Shown in pieces: positions 48,518 to 58,261 of a DNA stretch of 64,000 bases. How positions within the stretch are numbered: the stretch's first letter is position 1; each line of letters begins with the position of its first letter. Position numbers and translations under genes: made by a program. Below the pieces are notes generated by a model. The model had not been told where the DNA came from and searched no databases. It worked only from the letters and a program-made list of their open reading frames with translations. The stretch is from a virus, in the IMG/VR virus record IMGVR_UViG_3300049783_001054, positions 1-64,000 of that record. One strand, given 5' to 3'.

Positions 48518-49024
48518 TTAAATAGCTTCTTGAGGATTATTAGTAGCATTCTGATACTTTCCAGTACCATAATCACCAATCTCAGCAAGTTCACTGAAGA
48601 GAACTTGAGCAATACCTTGACCAGAGTAAATATGAAGATTCTCCTGACCATGATAGACAAGTTCTAGAGTCAACCATCCTGCCCAACCCGGTTCAATCAC
48701 AGTATTAAAAACACTCAGGCCACGTCGTGCCCAAGTAGATTTATCTTTTACTTCTCCTACTAGATTTTTTGGTACATTAAATTTGTCTATAGAAGAGGCT
48801 AAAATAAAGTGACCTTTAAGAGTTTTCTTGATGTCAGTATCATGATCAAAAACGATAGTCACAGGTGCTCCTCTAATATCAAATGTAAAGACTACATCTT
48901 GTTTGATTCTAATGTCATAACCAGCTTCACCAAGACCATAAGAACTGCCCATGTATTTTCTCTTATCTGTAACCATATCTACAATAGGTGCAGCAGACAG
49001 GAGCTTATCTCCGTTAATAATCAT
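48518..49024 (-). CDS. dcd: dCTP deaminase (N4 gp26-like)
   Basis: SYGLGEAGYDIR, KDKSTWARRG, IEPGWAGWLTLEL, GIAQVLF. Confidence 0.9.
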   Translation of the reverse strand: MIINGDKLLSAAPIVDMVTDKRKYMGSSYGLGEAGYDIRIKQDVVFTFDIRGAPVTIVFDHDTDIKKTLKGHFILASSIDKFNVPKNLVGEVKDKSTWARRGLSVFNTVIEPGWAGWLTLELVYHGQENLHIYSGQGIAQVLFSELAEIGDYGTGKYQNATNNPQEAI

Positions 49025-49035
49025 TTAACAATCTT

Positions 49036-50298
49036 TCATTGTTTCTGAGGAATAAGGTACACATTTCCGTAGATGTTAGTAGGGATAGTAAATCTAGTTT
49101 CTGGAACCAACCAAATACATTCCCATTCAGGTTTAGGGGGAATTATTACACATAGATCTGTGAAGATTACTAAAGCTTCAGACTCTAGCTCTCTGGTTCT
49201 CCTATACACATCTTTAAGATCTGTACCTCCACCAGCACGAACAAGTATATCTCCATATTCTTGTTTATCTGTAAATGTCTTTTCCATTTTAATTCTTGTA
49301 TCAAAATAGAGTACAGTCATTGAAGTAGGGTTTAGAAGTTCTTTGATGGTTCTAATCGCATCATGTGATTGTTGTGATTGCTTTTTATTGATTGAGCCAC
49401 TTACATCTAGCGCATACGTAAGATGTGTAAGTCTATTGCTGACACTTTTTCTTTGAAGACGTCCGGGCAGAATAAACTTAGTTTTTCCCAATCCATGCTG
49501 TCTCCTGTTGGGTCGAGCAAAGGTTCGCTTACCATTAGATAGCGGGTCTGTAAGATAATCCTTAAAGATTTCTTGGTAAGTAGCCCCAACAATCATCACA
49601 GTGTTTGTAGTTAGGTCTAGCTTAATACCTTTACCAGAAGTCGATACTCCAGCTTTTTTTGAAACACTATTTACGTCTTTTTCTGCTTTTTCTTTTTGAT
49701 CCTCAAGATTACCACCTTCAGCCTGAAGAACTTTTTCAATCAAATCTTCAATCACTTCAGCAGATATAGTATTATTCATACTTTCAGTGTTAAGTTTTTT
49801 ACTTTTATTTGCTGACTTATAAATTATATTATACACAGTTTCGGTAGACATTCCTGCATACCTAATATCTATACATGGTGTTGTACCATCAAAGGTAAAG
49901 CCATCACTTTTAAGACCAAGATTGATTACATGATCAGCAGCTTCGTTATGGATATAAGGATCACAGTTTTTACCACGTTCCAAATGTTTTAGAATTAGAT
50001 GCCAAACCTCATGAACACATACTGTGATTCTGGTTTGCTCTGGAATAGAGTCATAGAATTTTGGATTGAAAAAAATGAATCCATGACCAGCACACGCAGT
50101 AGGAATGTCATAGGACCAAAAGATACGTACATTTACAATGTATCTAGCAAGACCAGTACATCTAGGATCATTAACCATAATCTCTTCAAAAGCCTGTTTA
50201 AGTTTTACTGCTTCAGAAGGTTTTACCTCTCCCACTTTGTATGTTGGTGGTGGTTCACTAGGCATATTAGAAGGGGGAACCAAAACAATATTGGTCAT
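49036..50298 (-). CDS. Metallopeptidase-vWA protein (N4 gp25-like)
   Basis: HEVWH zinc motif; MIDAS DVSGS, GGGTD, IFTD. Confidence 0.85.
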   Translation of the reverse strand: MTNIVLVPPSNMPSEPPPTYKVGEVKPSEAVKLKQAFEEIMVNDPRCTGLARYIVNVRIFWSYDIPTACAGHGFIFFNPKFYDSIPEQTRITVCVHEVWHLILKHLERGKNCDPYIHNEAADHVINLGLKSDGFTFDGTTPCIDIRYAGMSTETVYNIIYKSANKSKKLNTESMNNTISAEVIEDLIEKVLQAEGGNLEDQKEKAEKDVNSVSKKAGVSTSGKGIKLDLTTNTVMIVGATYQEIFKDYLTDPLSNGKRTFARPNRRQHGLGKTKFILPGRLQRKSVSNRLTHLTYALDVSGSINKKQSQQSHDAIRTIKELLNPTSMTVLYFDTRIKMEKTFTDKQEYGDILVRAGGGTDLKDVYRRTRELESEALVIFTDLCVIIPPKPEWECIWLVPETRFTIPTNIYGNVYLIPQKQ

Positions 50299-50434
50299 TA
50301 TTTTTCCTTTATAAGGTGTTACCAAGAAGTAGTAAGTCCACCTTTTTTAGGTGAAAATTCGTCCTCTAAAACAGCTAAACCTAAAAGTCTTTTTCTTTTA
50401 GCTTCTTTAACTGTTTTAAGTCTTTTTTCTATTT

Positions 50435-51613
50435 CTAATCTGTTTTTGTCTGATTCACGTAAAAAGGGACATTTTCATCTGAAACCTCCATACCAATTTC
50501 TGGTATATTCAAGCGATTTTTAACATCTTGAAGCAATCGTGTATCAGAAGATGTAGATCCTAGTTTTTCCTTCAACAGTTGAGCAAATAGAGATGAGTAT
50601 TCTGATTCCATTCTTTTCATATATGACAGGATTGCATCTCTAGATTGTTCAGTGGTTTCCATAAAATGCTCAACAAGACTAGAAACTATCTCTGCTTTAG
50701 CATTATGAGTATCAGGAATTTTTGATGAACTAGGTGTTTGTGCAATTTCCCAAGGATAAGGAATTCCCAAAGATTCATCATAATAATCTTGAAATGCTTT
50801 ACCAGCCATAATCCCAACACCACTAAATAGCATTGATGCAATTGCAGGGTTAATTTTGAAATTACTAGATCCGCTGTTAGTGATTTCAGAGGAAGCTTTT
50901 TTCCCTTTAGCTTTATTTCCTGTTTGCTTTTCATGGAGGTTCATAACCTTAAAGATCTTACCCCAGCTACGAGGATTGTTATAACTCTCCAATTCTTCTC
51001 GTTTAGATGGATCAATAGTCGAGTTCAACATATCTGGGTATTTTTCAATAAATGAAATCACAGAAGCATTGCTGATAACTTCAGGACTTTTAGCCCATTT
51101 AAGCCAATCTTTAGAAGATACCTTCATCTCACACGGGAACATTCGTGTAATGAGTGTATCAGGCAAAGGTCGTGCAATGGCAGAATCAGTTGAACGATTC
51201 CCTGCTGCAACAATTAGAGCTTTTGGGTGTACATGTTTATCACCAACCTTATGTCCAAGAAGTAGACTGTAGATTGCTGAGAATACTTCATCAGGTGCAT
51301 CTGGAAGTTCATCAAGATGGATCAACCACCCATCTTTACCTTCAGGAATAGGATCACCAACTAGAGGGAATGTATCAAAGGGTGTGTATTCAGCTTTCTT
51401 ACGGGCTTCATTCAAGATTGGAATACCTGTAAGATCTTCAGGTAGTTTTTGACTCAAATGAATAGTAAGAAGTTCAAGGTTAAATTCTTCTGCAACTTGG
51501 GCACAAATATCAGACTTACCAATACCCGGAGGACCAGAAATATAAGGAATCTCTCTAATAGAAAGAACATTAATTACAAAGGTTTTAACCTGAGACGGCG
51601 ACATAGCTTTCAT
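50435..51613 (-). CDS. MoxR-like AAA+ ATPase (N4 gp24-like)
   Basis: GPPGIGKS, IHLDE, AAGNR, PRSW. Confidence 0.88.
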   Translation of the reverse strand: MKAMSPSQVKTFVINVLSIREIPYISGPPGIGKSDICAQVAEEFNLELLTIHLSQKLPEDLTGIPILNEARKKAEYTPFDTFPLVGDPIPEGKDGWLIHLDELPDAPDEVFSAIYSLLLGHKVGDKHVHPKALIVAAGNRSTDSAIARPLPDTLITRMFPCEMKVSSKDWLKWAKSPEVISNASVISFIEKYPDMLNSTIDPSKREELESYNNPRSWGKIFKVMNLHEKQTGNKAKGKKASSEITNSGSSNFKINPAIASMLFSGVGIMAGKAFQDYYDESLGIPYPWEIAQTPSSSKIPDTHNAKAEIVSSLVEHFMETTEQSRDAILSYMKRMESEYSSLFAQLLKEKLGSTSSDTRLLQDVKNRLNIPEIGMEVSDENVPFYVNQTKTD

Positions 51614-51617
51614 TGTT

Positions 51618-51842
51618 TTAATCTTTCAGTTGAATTTCAATTTCTTGAAGATAATCATTTGGAGTTTCATATTCTTTATCTGACATATCAATATCAAATT
51701 CTTCTTCAATGATATCAATAATATCACTCCCATCTTCATCACTCATTTCATAAACAGATAGATTATCCTCATAATCTACAATTGATACTCCAAGGTAATC
51801 TTCAATAATTTCAGTAAGTCTTTGTTTATTAGATTCGTTCAT
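51618..51842 (-). CDS. Acyl carrier protein-like protein lacking the DSL serine
   Basis: RLTEIIEDYLGV...IEEEFDIDMSD aligns by eye to bacterial ACP; MSDED replaces ADSLD. Confidence 0.65.
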   Translation of the reverse strand: MNESNKQRLTEIIEDYLGVSIVDYEDNLSVYEMSDEDGSDIIDIIEEEFDIDMSDKEYETPNDYLQEIEIQLKD

Positions 51843-51886
51843 TGTATTTCCTGTTCGCTATGAAAAAAAAACCAAAGAAAAGAAAA

Positions 51887-52078
51887 CTACAGCAATACAA
51901 TTTTATACCCTGAGTTTTGCTTACTTGCTTGTGTGAAGGCAGCTACAGCCATTTTTACATTTGGGTTATTAGAGGTACCAAGATAAACATTACTTCCTCC
52001 ATCCTCAAACTCATTACAGACATAAACAGTCTTTGTTGAATCATCACAAAAATAGTATCTATTGGTTTGAATATTCAT
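51887..52078 (-). CDS. Small hypothetical protein
   Basis: 63 aa with RBS GAGG. Confidence 0.55.
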   Translation of the reverse strand: MNIQTNRYYFCDDSTKTVYVCNEFEDGGSNVYLGTSNNPNVKMAVAAFTQASKQNSGYKIVLL

Positions 52079-52094
52079 GAGAATTTCCTCTGTT

Positions 52095-52133
52095 AAAAAA
52101 ATTAGCTCTCCTCAAATGAATGAGGAGAGCTTT
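52095..52133 (-). terminator. Intrinsic terminator
   Basis: AGCTCTCCTCA/TGAGGAGAGCT hairpin followed by AATTTTTT on the - strand. Confidence 0.75.
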
Positions 52134-52147
52134 AATTAGTCAGGTAT

Positions 52148-52567
52148 TCAAAGCAATAAATGCTTTAGTGCTTTTTTTAGTCGAACAATTTCAGCATCAG
52201 CTTTTTCAGCAATATCTTCTGCCTCTGATTTGGCACAAAAATATCCTGATTTGTATTCATTGTTTTCAAAGTCACACGAGTTCATTTCTCTTATTTGTTT
52301 TACATATGTTATCTGCTTTACCACACCTGACTCTTCTTGCTTGTTGTCAGGGTCAGGGGTGATGGTGATCAGGTCATTGGCGTGTGGGGAGGCGTTCCAA
52401 ATATAATTCCCGGCACTGCCCCATCCGATTGAGGAACCATTGATCCAAGCGCAAATGCATTTATGTTTATCTTCATACATTGGCCCGACGCGCAGCCCAT
52501 TCCTCAGCACGCCATACCCGCCCACTTTCGGGGCAACGGTCGGTGTGGTCATATCAATCTCGGTCAT
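52148..52567 (-). CDS. Hypothetical protein, paralogous N-terminal domain (GC-rich 5' half)
   Basis: MTEIDMTTPTVAP...GPM...DLITITPDPD; RBS GGAG. Confidence 0.65.
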   Translation of the reverse strand: MTEIDMTTPTVAPKVGGYGVLRNGLRVGPMYEDKHKCICAWINGSSIGWGSAGNYIWNASPHANDLITITPDPDNKQEESGVVKQITYVKQIREMNSCDFENNEYKSGYFCAKSEAEDIAEKADAEIVRLKKALKHLLL

Positions 52568-53019
52568 TTGTTCTCTCCTGCCATGCGAAGGATTGCGCGG
52601 GCGATGGCGACGGCTGCGGCAGGGGATGCGTCAAGAACTTTGTGGTCGTCATCCTTGATTGTGAAGTCGCCATCGTCGCGCATGATGACGTGGTATGTCG
52701 CGCGCGGCATACTTTCAGTCGCAAATCTTGTTACCCTGCATCGGGTCACGACGCTCAGAACAACAGCGCCCGCCTTTTGCGTGGCGTCAGGCTCCACGCT
52801 GTCAGGCGCGGGGATGATGGCGATCAGGTCGCAAGCGTGGGGAATGTCAGTCCAAGACCCGTTGCACATCCACGCTTTTCCGCATGGAACCTTGAAATAT
52901 TCACCACCAGCGTGATGGCCGACAAACTCTAACGGGCCAAAAGTCTCCCCTCTGCGATCTTTTCCATATTCGCCCTCAACCGGGGCGACGGTCGGCGCGT
53001 TCCAATCAATCTCAGCCAT
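52564..53019 (-). CDS. Hypothetical protein, paralogue of the downstream gene (GC-rich)
   Basis: MAEIDWNAPTVAP...GPL...DLIAIIPAPD; RBS AAGGA. Confidence 0.65.
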   Translation of the reverse strand: MAEIDWNAPTVAPVEGEYGKDRRGETFGPLEFVGHHAGGEYFKVPCGKAWMCNGSWTDIPHACDLIAIIPAPDSVEPDATQKAGAVVLSVVTRCRVTRFATESMPRATYHVIMRDDGDFTIKDDDHKVLDASPAAAVAIARAILRMAGENK

Positions 53020-53021
53020 GT

Positions 53022-53330
53022 TCAGTCCTTTTTGTTTGGTTTCCATGAACCATTTCTCCAATAATAGAGATGTTTTCCTTCAGATGTGTACACACCAGTT
53101 TTCTTATCAAAAGAAATTAAATTTCTTTCGCAGGCATGTTTAAGAGCTTTTCGCGCTATTACACGTCCTATTCGATGATCAACCTCCAATTGACAAGATA
53201 TTTCTGTCTCTATGCAATAAGCATCACATCCAAATCCTTCCAAAGTAACTTCATAATGAATTATACACATAGCTAATTCATGGGAAATTGTTTTTCCTTC
53301 AAAAGAAAACCGTGATGTTTCTAAAGGCAT
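53022..53330 (-). CDS. Hypothetical protein
   Basis: 102-aa ORF within the operon. Confidence 0.5.
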   Translation of the reverse strand: MPLETSRFSFEGKTISHELAMCIIHYEVTLEGFGCDAYCIETEISCQLEVDHRIGRVIARKALKHACERNLISFDKKTGVYTSEGKHLYYWRNGSWKPNKKD

Positions 53331-53339
53331 TGTTTATGT

Positions 53340-53546
53340 TTAAACCTCACGAGGAAGTTGAACACAGAAAGTAATTGCCTTAATAGGTTCACCTTCAACA
53401 CGAGCGTTGATAGCTGCTGACTGGTCTTGGAGGAAAGCCTGACACTGACCGATAGTCTTGAAATGAGGGTGAGGTGTAGTAGCAGGAACAGAGGCACAGT
53501 AAGTATGTGCGATAGCAGAGCAGATAAACAGAAGAGGGACAAACAT
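53340..53546 (-). CDS. Small exported Cys-containing protein
   Basis: Hydrophobic N-terminus, four Cys, RBS AAGGA. Confidence 0.55.
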   Translation of the reverse strand: MFVPLLFICSAIAHTYCASVPATTPHPHFKTIGQCQAFLQDQSAAINARVEGEPIKAITFCVQLPREV

Positions 53547-53572
53547 GATTAGTTTCCTTTTAGGTTACTGAG

Positions 53573-54778
53573 TTAAGCCAACATGTAATTTGAATTCAAG
53601 ATCAAGTCTCGATCAATTTTACCTGCTTTCTTAATCTTGATGTATTTACCTGCTATCATTGAAGCTAGTGATTGCAAGATAGTTGAGTCATTAATATCTG
53701 CCATGATTGTATTATATTGACGACGAAGATCATTCCCATAGTTAGGATGACTCCTAAAACAATCATGAACACTGACTAGATCAAATGGTCTCATTGGAAG
53801 AGAATCTACAAGATCCCATAGATCACCAGCAGGACAATGACGAACTGATTCACAATCAATATAGTCAATAATCCTAGCTGAAAGAAAGCCAGTGTCTTTA
53901 TAGTTTTTAACCAGTTGTTTAACCATTTTATCATTGCTTGACTCATAGGTTGCTGGTTCCATCATGTAATTACCACTCATAGCTTCAAGGCAGTATTCCA
54001 TAACCTTAGAAACTTGAACGTAATTAAACATACAACGTCGGTACATTTCCCTGACAATCATACCATCAATTGAATGGATTAGATTTGGACCCAATCCTTT
54101 ATGGAATTTAGGTCTAGAATTTACTTTCACAGGAAGATCATAGTTTTCTCCAAGGAAGGTAAAGGGTACCATTGTTTTATCTTGAGTTTCAATGCAGGCA
54201 TGGAAGTTATCTGGCAATACCCAATTATAGGTGTCACCTACAACATCATCCCAAAGCTCTTGTAGACCAAGGTTTAGATCCCAAGCTCCGGGAGCCATAG
54301 CCATGATCGTAGCGTAGAACAATTCTAGGTTTTCTCCGAAGGTGTATTCAGGCATAGCAGTAGACCCGTAGAATGCGGTCATGATAGCTTGCTTGACTTG
54401 TTTACGGGTAAGGACTCCAAAGACTTTCATGGCGCTGTAGATAGCAGTGTATGAGTCTACACAGGTGTCATGGACTCCTCCACATAGATCATATGATTTT
54501 GGGCAACTTACAAGTAGGGATAGAATTTGAAGACCAGATGAGCTTGCATCCAGTGAGATCATAAAACCACTAGGTTGTTTATTAATGATATCAGCATAAG
54601 CAAGAGTAGCTGCACGAAGTCCAATAGGATTGGAGGCTACTTTAAATAGTTTCTTGTCATCAAAATCTATTGATTTAAAATGAGCAATGCGTTCATCCCA
54701 AGTTTTCTTCTCCATAGCTTTATCATGTTTACATGCGATATCAGCCATAACATACTCTACACCTGTAAGAGTTTGCAT
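53573..54778 (-). CDS. RNA polymerase II subunit 2 (N4 gp16-like)
   Basis: LDASSSGLQ (motif A), RKQVKQAIMTAFYGS (motif B), NLIHSIDG, VHDCF (motif C). Confidence 0.93.
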   Translation of the reverse strand: MQTLTGVEYVMADIACKHDKAMEKKTWDERIAHFKSIDFDDKKLFKVASNPIGLRAATLAYADIINKQPSGFMISLDASSSGLQILSLLVSCPKSYDLCGGVHDTCVDSYTAIYSAMKVFGVLTRKQVKQAIMTAFYGSTAMPEYTFGENLELFYATIMAMAPGAWDLNLGLQELWDDVVGDTYNWVLPDNFHACIETQDKTMVPFTFLGENYDLPVKVNSRPKFHKGLGPNLIHSIDGMIVREMYRRCMFNYVQVSKVMEYCLEAMSGNYMMEPATYESSNDKMVKQLVKNYKDTGFLSARIIDYIDCESVRHCPAGDLWDLVDSLPMRPFDLVSVHDCFRSHPNYGNDLRRQYNTIMADINDSTILQSLASMIAGKYIKIKKAGKIDRDLILNSNYMLA

Positions 54779-54798
54779 CTTGGTTCTCCTAAGCAGAT

Positions 54799-55080
54799 TT
54801 ATACAGGAAAAATAACGAGCACTTTGGGGTTAGCTAAGAATTTTTTCCATTTATCTTCATCCATAGCTGCATCATCAGCACTCCAACTATCAGTGTAGAT
54901 TTCAGCATGAATCCCTTCATCTTCAATTAAAACACCATCAGCATTTGCACCTGAACACCAACGATACCCATTACCTTCACTGTCTGATTGTAGGATTACT
55001 CGCATATCATCAGGTAGGTCTTTCAAAGCCAGTTTTAAATCTAACACGGTAATTCCTGTGGGCATGTATTTTCTCCTCAT
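54799..55080 (-). CDS. Hypothetical protein
   Basis: LPDDMRVILQSDSEGNGY phage motif. Confidence 0.6.
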   Translation of the reverse strand: MRRKYMPTGITVLDLKLALKDLPDDMRVILQSDSEGNGYRWCSGANADGVLIEDEGIHAEIYTDSWSADDAAMDEDKWKKFLANPKVLVIFPV

Positions 55081-55086
55081 TATGTA

Positions 55087-55368
55087 TTACTCAGATGTGC
55101 GGATATGCTCTGCAATTTTACGTACAAGAATACCAGCCAATGGCCCATCGCCCCGAGGGTTGAGGTTAAATGCGAGCGCGCTGGCAGCGTTCTTGTTACG
55201 CTCTACCCAAGCGATTCGCTTAGTTGTCGCTATTGCCTCGGCAGCAGTATCTGCAAGAACCGCTCTTGCTTTTGCTCGCACATCTGGCCTAGTCGGTGCT
55301 TTAACCAATGCTTCCAAGGCATCTCTCAAGGCTGCATGTTCAGTTGTGATTTTTTCAGACCAAAACAT
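55087..55368 (-). CDS. Hypothetical protein
   Basis: 93 aa, Ala-rich, GC-elevated. Confidence 0.5.
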   Translation of the reverse strand: MFWSEKITTEHAALRDALEALVKAPTRPDVRAKARAVLADTAAEAIATTKRIAWVERNKNAASALAFNLNPRGDGPLAGILVRKIAEHIRTSE

Positions 55369-55565
55369 AGTATATACATCCTGTGTTTAGATGTAGGGAT
55401 CTTCTGCTACAAGTTGTTGATACTTTTCAACTGCATAGTTCACACGATTAAAAGCCCTCTTACTTTCCCACTCATACATTTCTTTACCTTCTCCAAAGTA
55501 ATTGAAGAAAGCTTGACCATACCTAAGAGATGGAAACTCTAGAAGGTATTTCTGGAAACCAGTCA

Positions 55566-55973
55566 TTAGATGTCCTTTTTAAAGGTGATGTTTTTGAGGG
55601 AGAGTTTATATTGATTAGCCATTTTGGTGGCGTAGCGTTGAAAGATAGGCCAAGGATCTGTACTACTTGACGAAACGTCATGGACACTTTGCAAAGATGA
55701 TAGAAATGTTACATCTATATCTAGGGCAAAACTCATGTTAAATGTGATGTTGTGTTTAAGCACTTCGTTTACACCTAGCCCTTCAAACACTGGGTCATAC
55801 TCTTTGTCAGGAATAAGCATTCCAATTGCGCAGCGAGTGTTGTTGGGACCACGATATAGGCACTGGCCTCCACGGTACAAATTGTCCCGTGGGGTTACAG
55901 AAAACGCTCCTTGTGCGATGATGCCATTGATGGCGAGGTCGAAGATATCTTGACGTGTAAGAAGCTTAGACAC
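55566..55973 (-). CDS. Hypothetical protein
   Basis: CLYRGP...CAIGMLIPD...LQSVHD pattern seen in phage hypothetical proteins. Confidence 0.6.
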   Translation of the reverse strand: MSKLLTRQDIFDLAINGIIAQGAFSVTPRDNLYRGGQCLYRGPNNTRCAIGMLIPDKEYDPVFEGLGVNEVLKHNITFNMSFALDIDVTFLSSLQSVHDVSSSSTDPWPIFQRYATKMANQYKLSLKNITFKKDI

Positions 55974-55976
55974 TGT

Positions 55977-56231
55977 TCAAACTTTCTTTGAAGTACCGGG
56001 AATATAAGGTTCCCAGTGAGTTACGTAGATTGTTCCTGAAGTAGTACCATTATCAAGCAGAAAGGAAGGACCACTAATACCATGGTAACACTCTGCGTAT
56101 GAGATTGCATTACTGTGTTTTACTTTCCGCACACTACGCTCACCATCGTAATGGATCAATGTAACCCATTGGGTTCCAAAGAGGTAATTACGAATTCGTT
56201 TGATAAGATCACTCATCAGTAATAGCTCCAA
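55977..56231 (-). CDS. Hypothetical protein
   Basis: ORF within the operon. Confidence 0.5.
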   Translation of the reverse strand: MELLLMSDLIKRIRNYLFGTQWVTLIHYDGERSVRKVKHSNAISYAECYHGISGPSFLLDNGTTSGTIYVTHWEPYIPGTSKKV

Positions 56232-56553
56232 TATCTATCCACATTTTAACAATGTCTGCTTTAAGTGTATTTCTTGCATCTCTTTCTTCTTTAGCTCTAC
56301 GAATTTCTAGTTCTTGGAACTTTTTATCTTCATAGTATTTAAGCCAAAGCTTTAACCAACTCAACATAATAGGATCATTGCTTCTTGCTTTTACTTTACC
56401 AAAACCATCATCAGGATATTCAGAATATGATCCAATAAACACATCATTGTATGTGAGTTCTTGTCGTTTACTGAGTCTACTATTAGGGTAATCAATAACT
56501 TTAATTTTAGTAATATCAATAGAGGTAGTCATGTCTTTAGTGATATTAGTCAT
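56209..56553 (-). CDS. Hypothetical protein
   Basis: Start MTNITKD after AGGA. Confidence 0.5.
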   Translation of the reverse strand: MTNITKDMTTSIDITKIKVIDYPNSRLSKRQELTYNDVFIGSYSEYPDDGFGKVKARSNDPIMLSWLKLWLKYYEDKKFQELEIRRAKEERDARNTLKADIVKMWIDIGAITDE

Positions 56554-56572
56554 TTGATATTTCCTACTATGT

Positions 56573-56854
56573 TTAAGTATATGCGATGTAGAAGGCTTCC
56601 ATAGCATCCGCAACATCACAAATTTCATAGATACGTTTATGATACTCAGAGTCATCACTGTTTTTGAGTTTCTTTCGCATATCATTGACAGTTACTTTTC
56701 CACAGTAGTCACCAGATACTGGGATACCCAGCACATTAATGAATAGGTTGTGGAAGTTTTCATTAGTCATATTGATGGTAGATACAGAGTTCCAACCATC
56801 GACATGAGTTACTTCACCATCTTTAATGAAGGCAGGATAGAGATCAATACTCAC
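56573..56854 (-). CDS. Hypothetical protein
   Basis: 93-aa ORF within the operon. Confidence 0.5.
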   Translation of the reverse strand: MSIDLYPAFIKDGEVTHVDGWNSVSTINMTNENFHNLFINVLGIPVSGDYCGKVTVNDMRKKLKNSDDSEYHKRIYEICDVADAMEAFYIAYT

Positions 56855-57074
56855 AAAGATTTTCCTTAATAATAATAAAAGATTCGATAGGTAGATTCAT
56901 AATATAATTACCAATCCAACATAAACACACAAAAAGAGCACACAATAGAAACATAGGTATTACATGATAGAGTACAAAATAAAAATTAGATTTTGGCGAA
57001 ATAGGTTTATCAGGCCAATTCTTAAAAATGATTACAGGTTTTTGAGTTCTAAGTTTATCTCGTAAAAACTTCAT
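56844..57074 (-). CDS. Small membrane protein
   Basis: One hydrophobic helix; overlaps both neighbours. Confidence 0.45.
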   Translation of the reverse strand: MKFLRDKLRTQKPVIIFKNWPDKPISPKSNFYFVLYHVIPMFLLCALFVCLCWIGNYIMNLPIESFIIIKENLCEY

Positions 57075-57601
57075 TTGTTTTTCTTTCGTTTGGCTCGAAG
57101 CTTTGCTTTTTTAGCTTCAGAAGGTCCAGGTCCAAGTACTTTTTTAGAAGGAGGAATAGGCTGAACCCATTTACTCATAGAAGTAGGACCATTGATTTTA
57201 TCGTCAGTTACCACACTTCTATCTTTTGTATATAGATACTCAGGACCATACAATGAATCCATGTAAAGTATAGGGGATTTTCTATCTTTAACATGATCCA
57301 CTAGAACTTTTTGAAATTCTTTAAGATATGATGGATTTAAATAATCATAACGTCTTGAAATAGAACTACCATCTCTGTAAAAACCGTATATTCCCATAAC
57401 AGCATCATATTCTGTAAATTGAGATATATCTATTTCTTTACACACAGTTCTTTTTGCAGAGATGTGCTCATGAACTTGACCACCTTTATACCTACCTGCT
57501 TTCATATCAGCTTTGATTTCTTCTGAGATAGTCTGAAGCTTTATAGCTTCTTCTTTTACATTAATCTCAGTACCATCATGAGATGCAAGAAAAGGATGCA
57601 C
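57071..57601 (-). CDS. Hypothetical protein with basic C-terminal tail
   Basis: 176 aa ending KKAKLRAKRKKNK; RBS AAGGA. Confidence 0.6.
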   Translation of the reverse strand: MHPFLASHDGTEINVKEEAIKLQTISEEIKADMKAGRYKGGQVHEHISAKRTVCKEIDISQFTEYDAVMGIYGFYRDGSSISRRYDYLNPSYLKEFQKVLVDHVKDRKSPILYMDSLYGPEYLYTKDRSVVTDDKINGPTSMSKWVQPIPPSKKVLGPGPSEAKKAKLRAKRKKNK

Positions 57602-57832
57602 GGTATTTATTCCTTGATTGGGTTTGAACTAACCAGAGTCAGACAACTAAGCCTTGCTTTAGTGTGTGCTGAGTTAGCTACCTGTTCTTTGATAGCTGCT
57701 CTATCAGTAGGATGTTTAATGCGAAAAGCTTTGGCATTCTCTGCATCAATAGCGAGTTTCCTGAGAGTCTTCATTTTCTCTTCAGGAGATAGATCAGAAA
57801 ACTCAACTTCCTTTGGTTTAGTTTTATACACC

Positions 57833-58030
57833 TTACTTACTCCGTTTGAGGTAAGACCAAATCTTGGAGAATACTCCAATCTTTTTAACATGTAGATCGC
57901 AATGATTACTTTCAAGGTACTTTTTAAGGTACCACCGTTCAGTACTGCATTGATAACTGGTAGCTTCACATGTATGAAATCCATCCCATTCCCATTTACG
58001 GAATTTACAATCTGAACAAGAGTTAGCCAT
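57833..58030 (-). CDS. Small Cys-rich protein
   Basis: CSDC...C...C...C; RBS GAGG. Confidence 0.5.
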   Translation of the reverse strand: MANSCSDCKFRKWEWDGFHTCEATSYQCSTERWYLKKYLESNHCDLHVKKIGVFSKIWSYLKRSK

Positions 58031-58054
58031 AGTATATTACCTCGTATGTAAGGT

Positions 58055-58258
58055 TTAAGTTTTCTTGTTTTTAGAAGCTGAAGTTGGTGCATTCACCATG
58101 AATGGTTCAATAAGTTTGAGAAGTTCAGTAAACTTCTCAACATTACTAATACATAGATTAATTAGAGAAGGTGTCTTAGTACTAAAGACACTTTTTTGAG
58201 TATGCTCTTTAAATCCATGTTCTTCTTTGAGATCTTCAATATCTTTACCTGTGATCAT
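58055..58258 (-). CDS. Hypothetical protein
   Basis: 67 aa after GAGGA. Confidence 0.5.
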   Translation of the reverse strand: MITGKDIEDLKEEHGFKEHTQKSVFSTKTPSLINLCISNVEKFTELLKLIEPFMVNAPTSASKNKKT

Positions 58259-58261
58259 TTC

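Noticed and set aside
52463-52932. Two 150-aa + strand ORFs
   Set aside because: Antisense shadows of the GC-rich - strand genes, which have RBSs and paralogous motifs.
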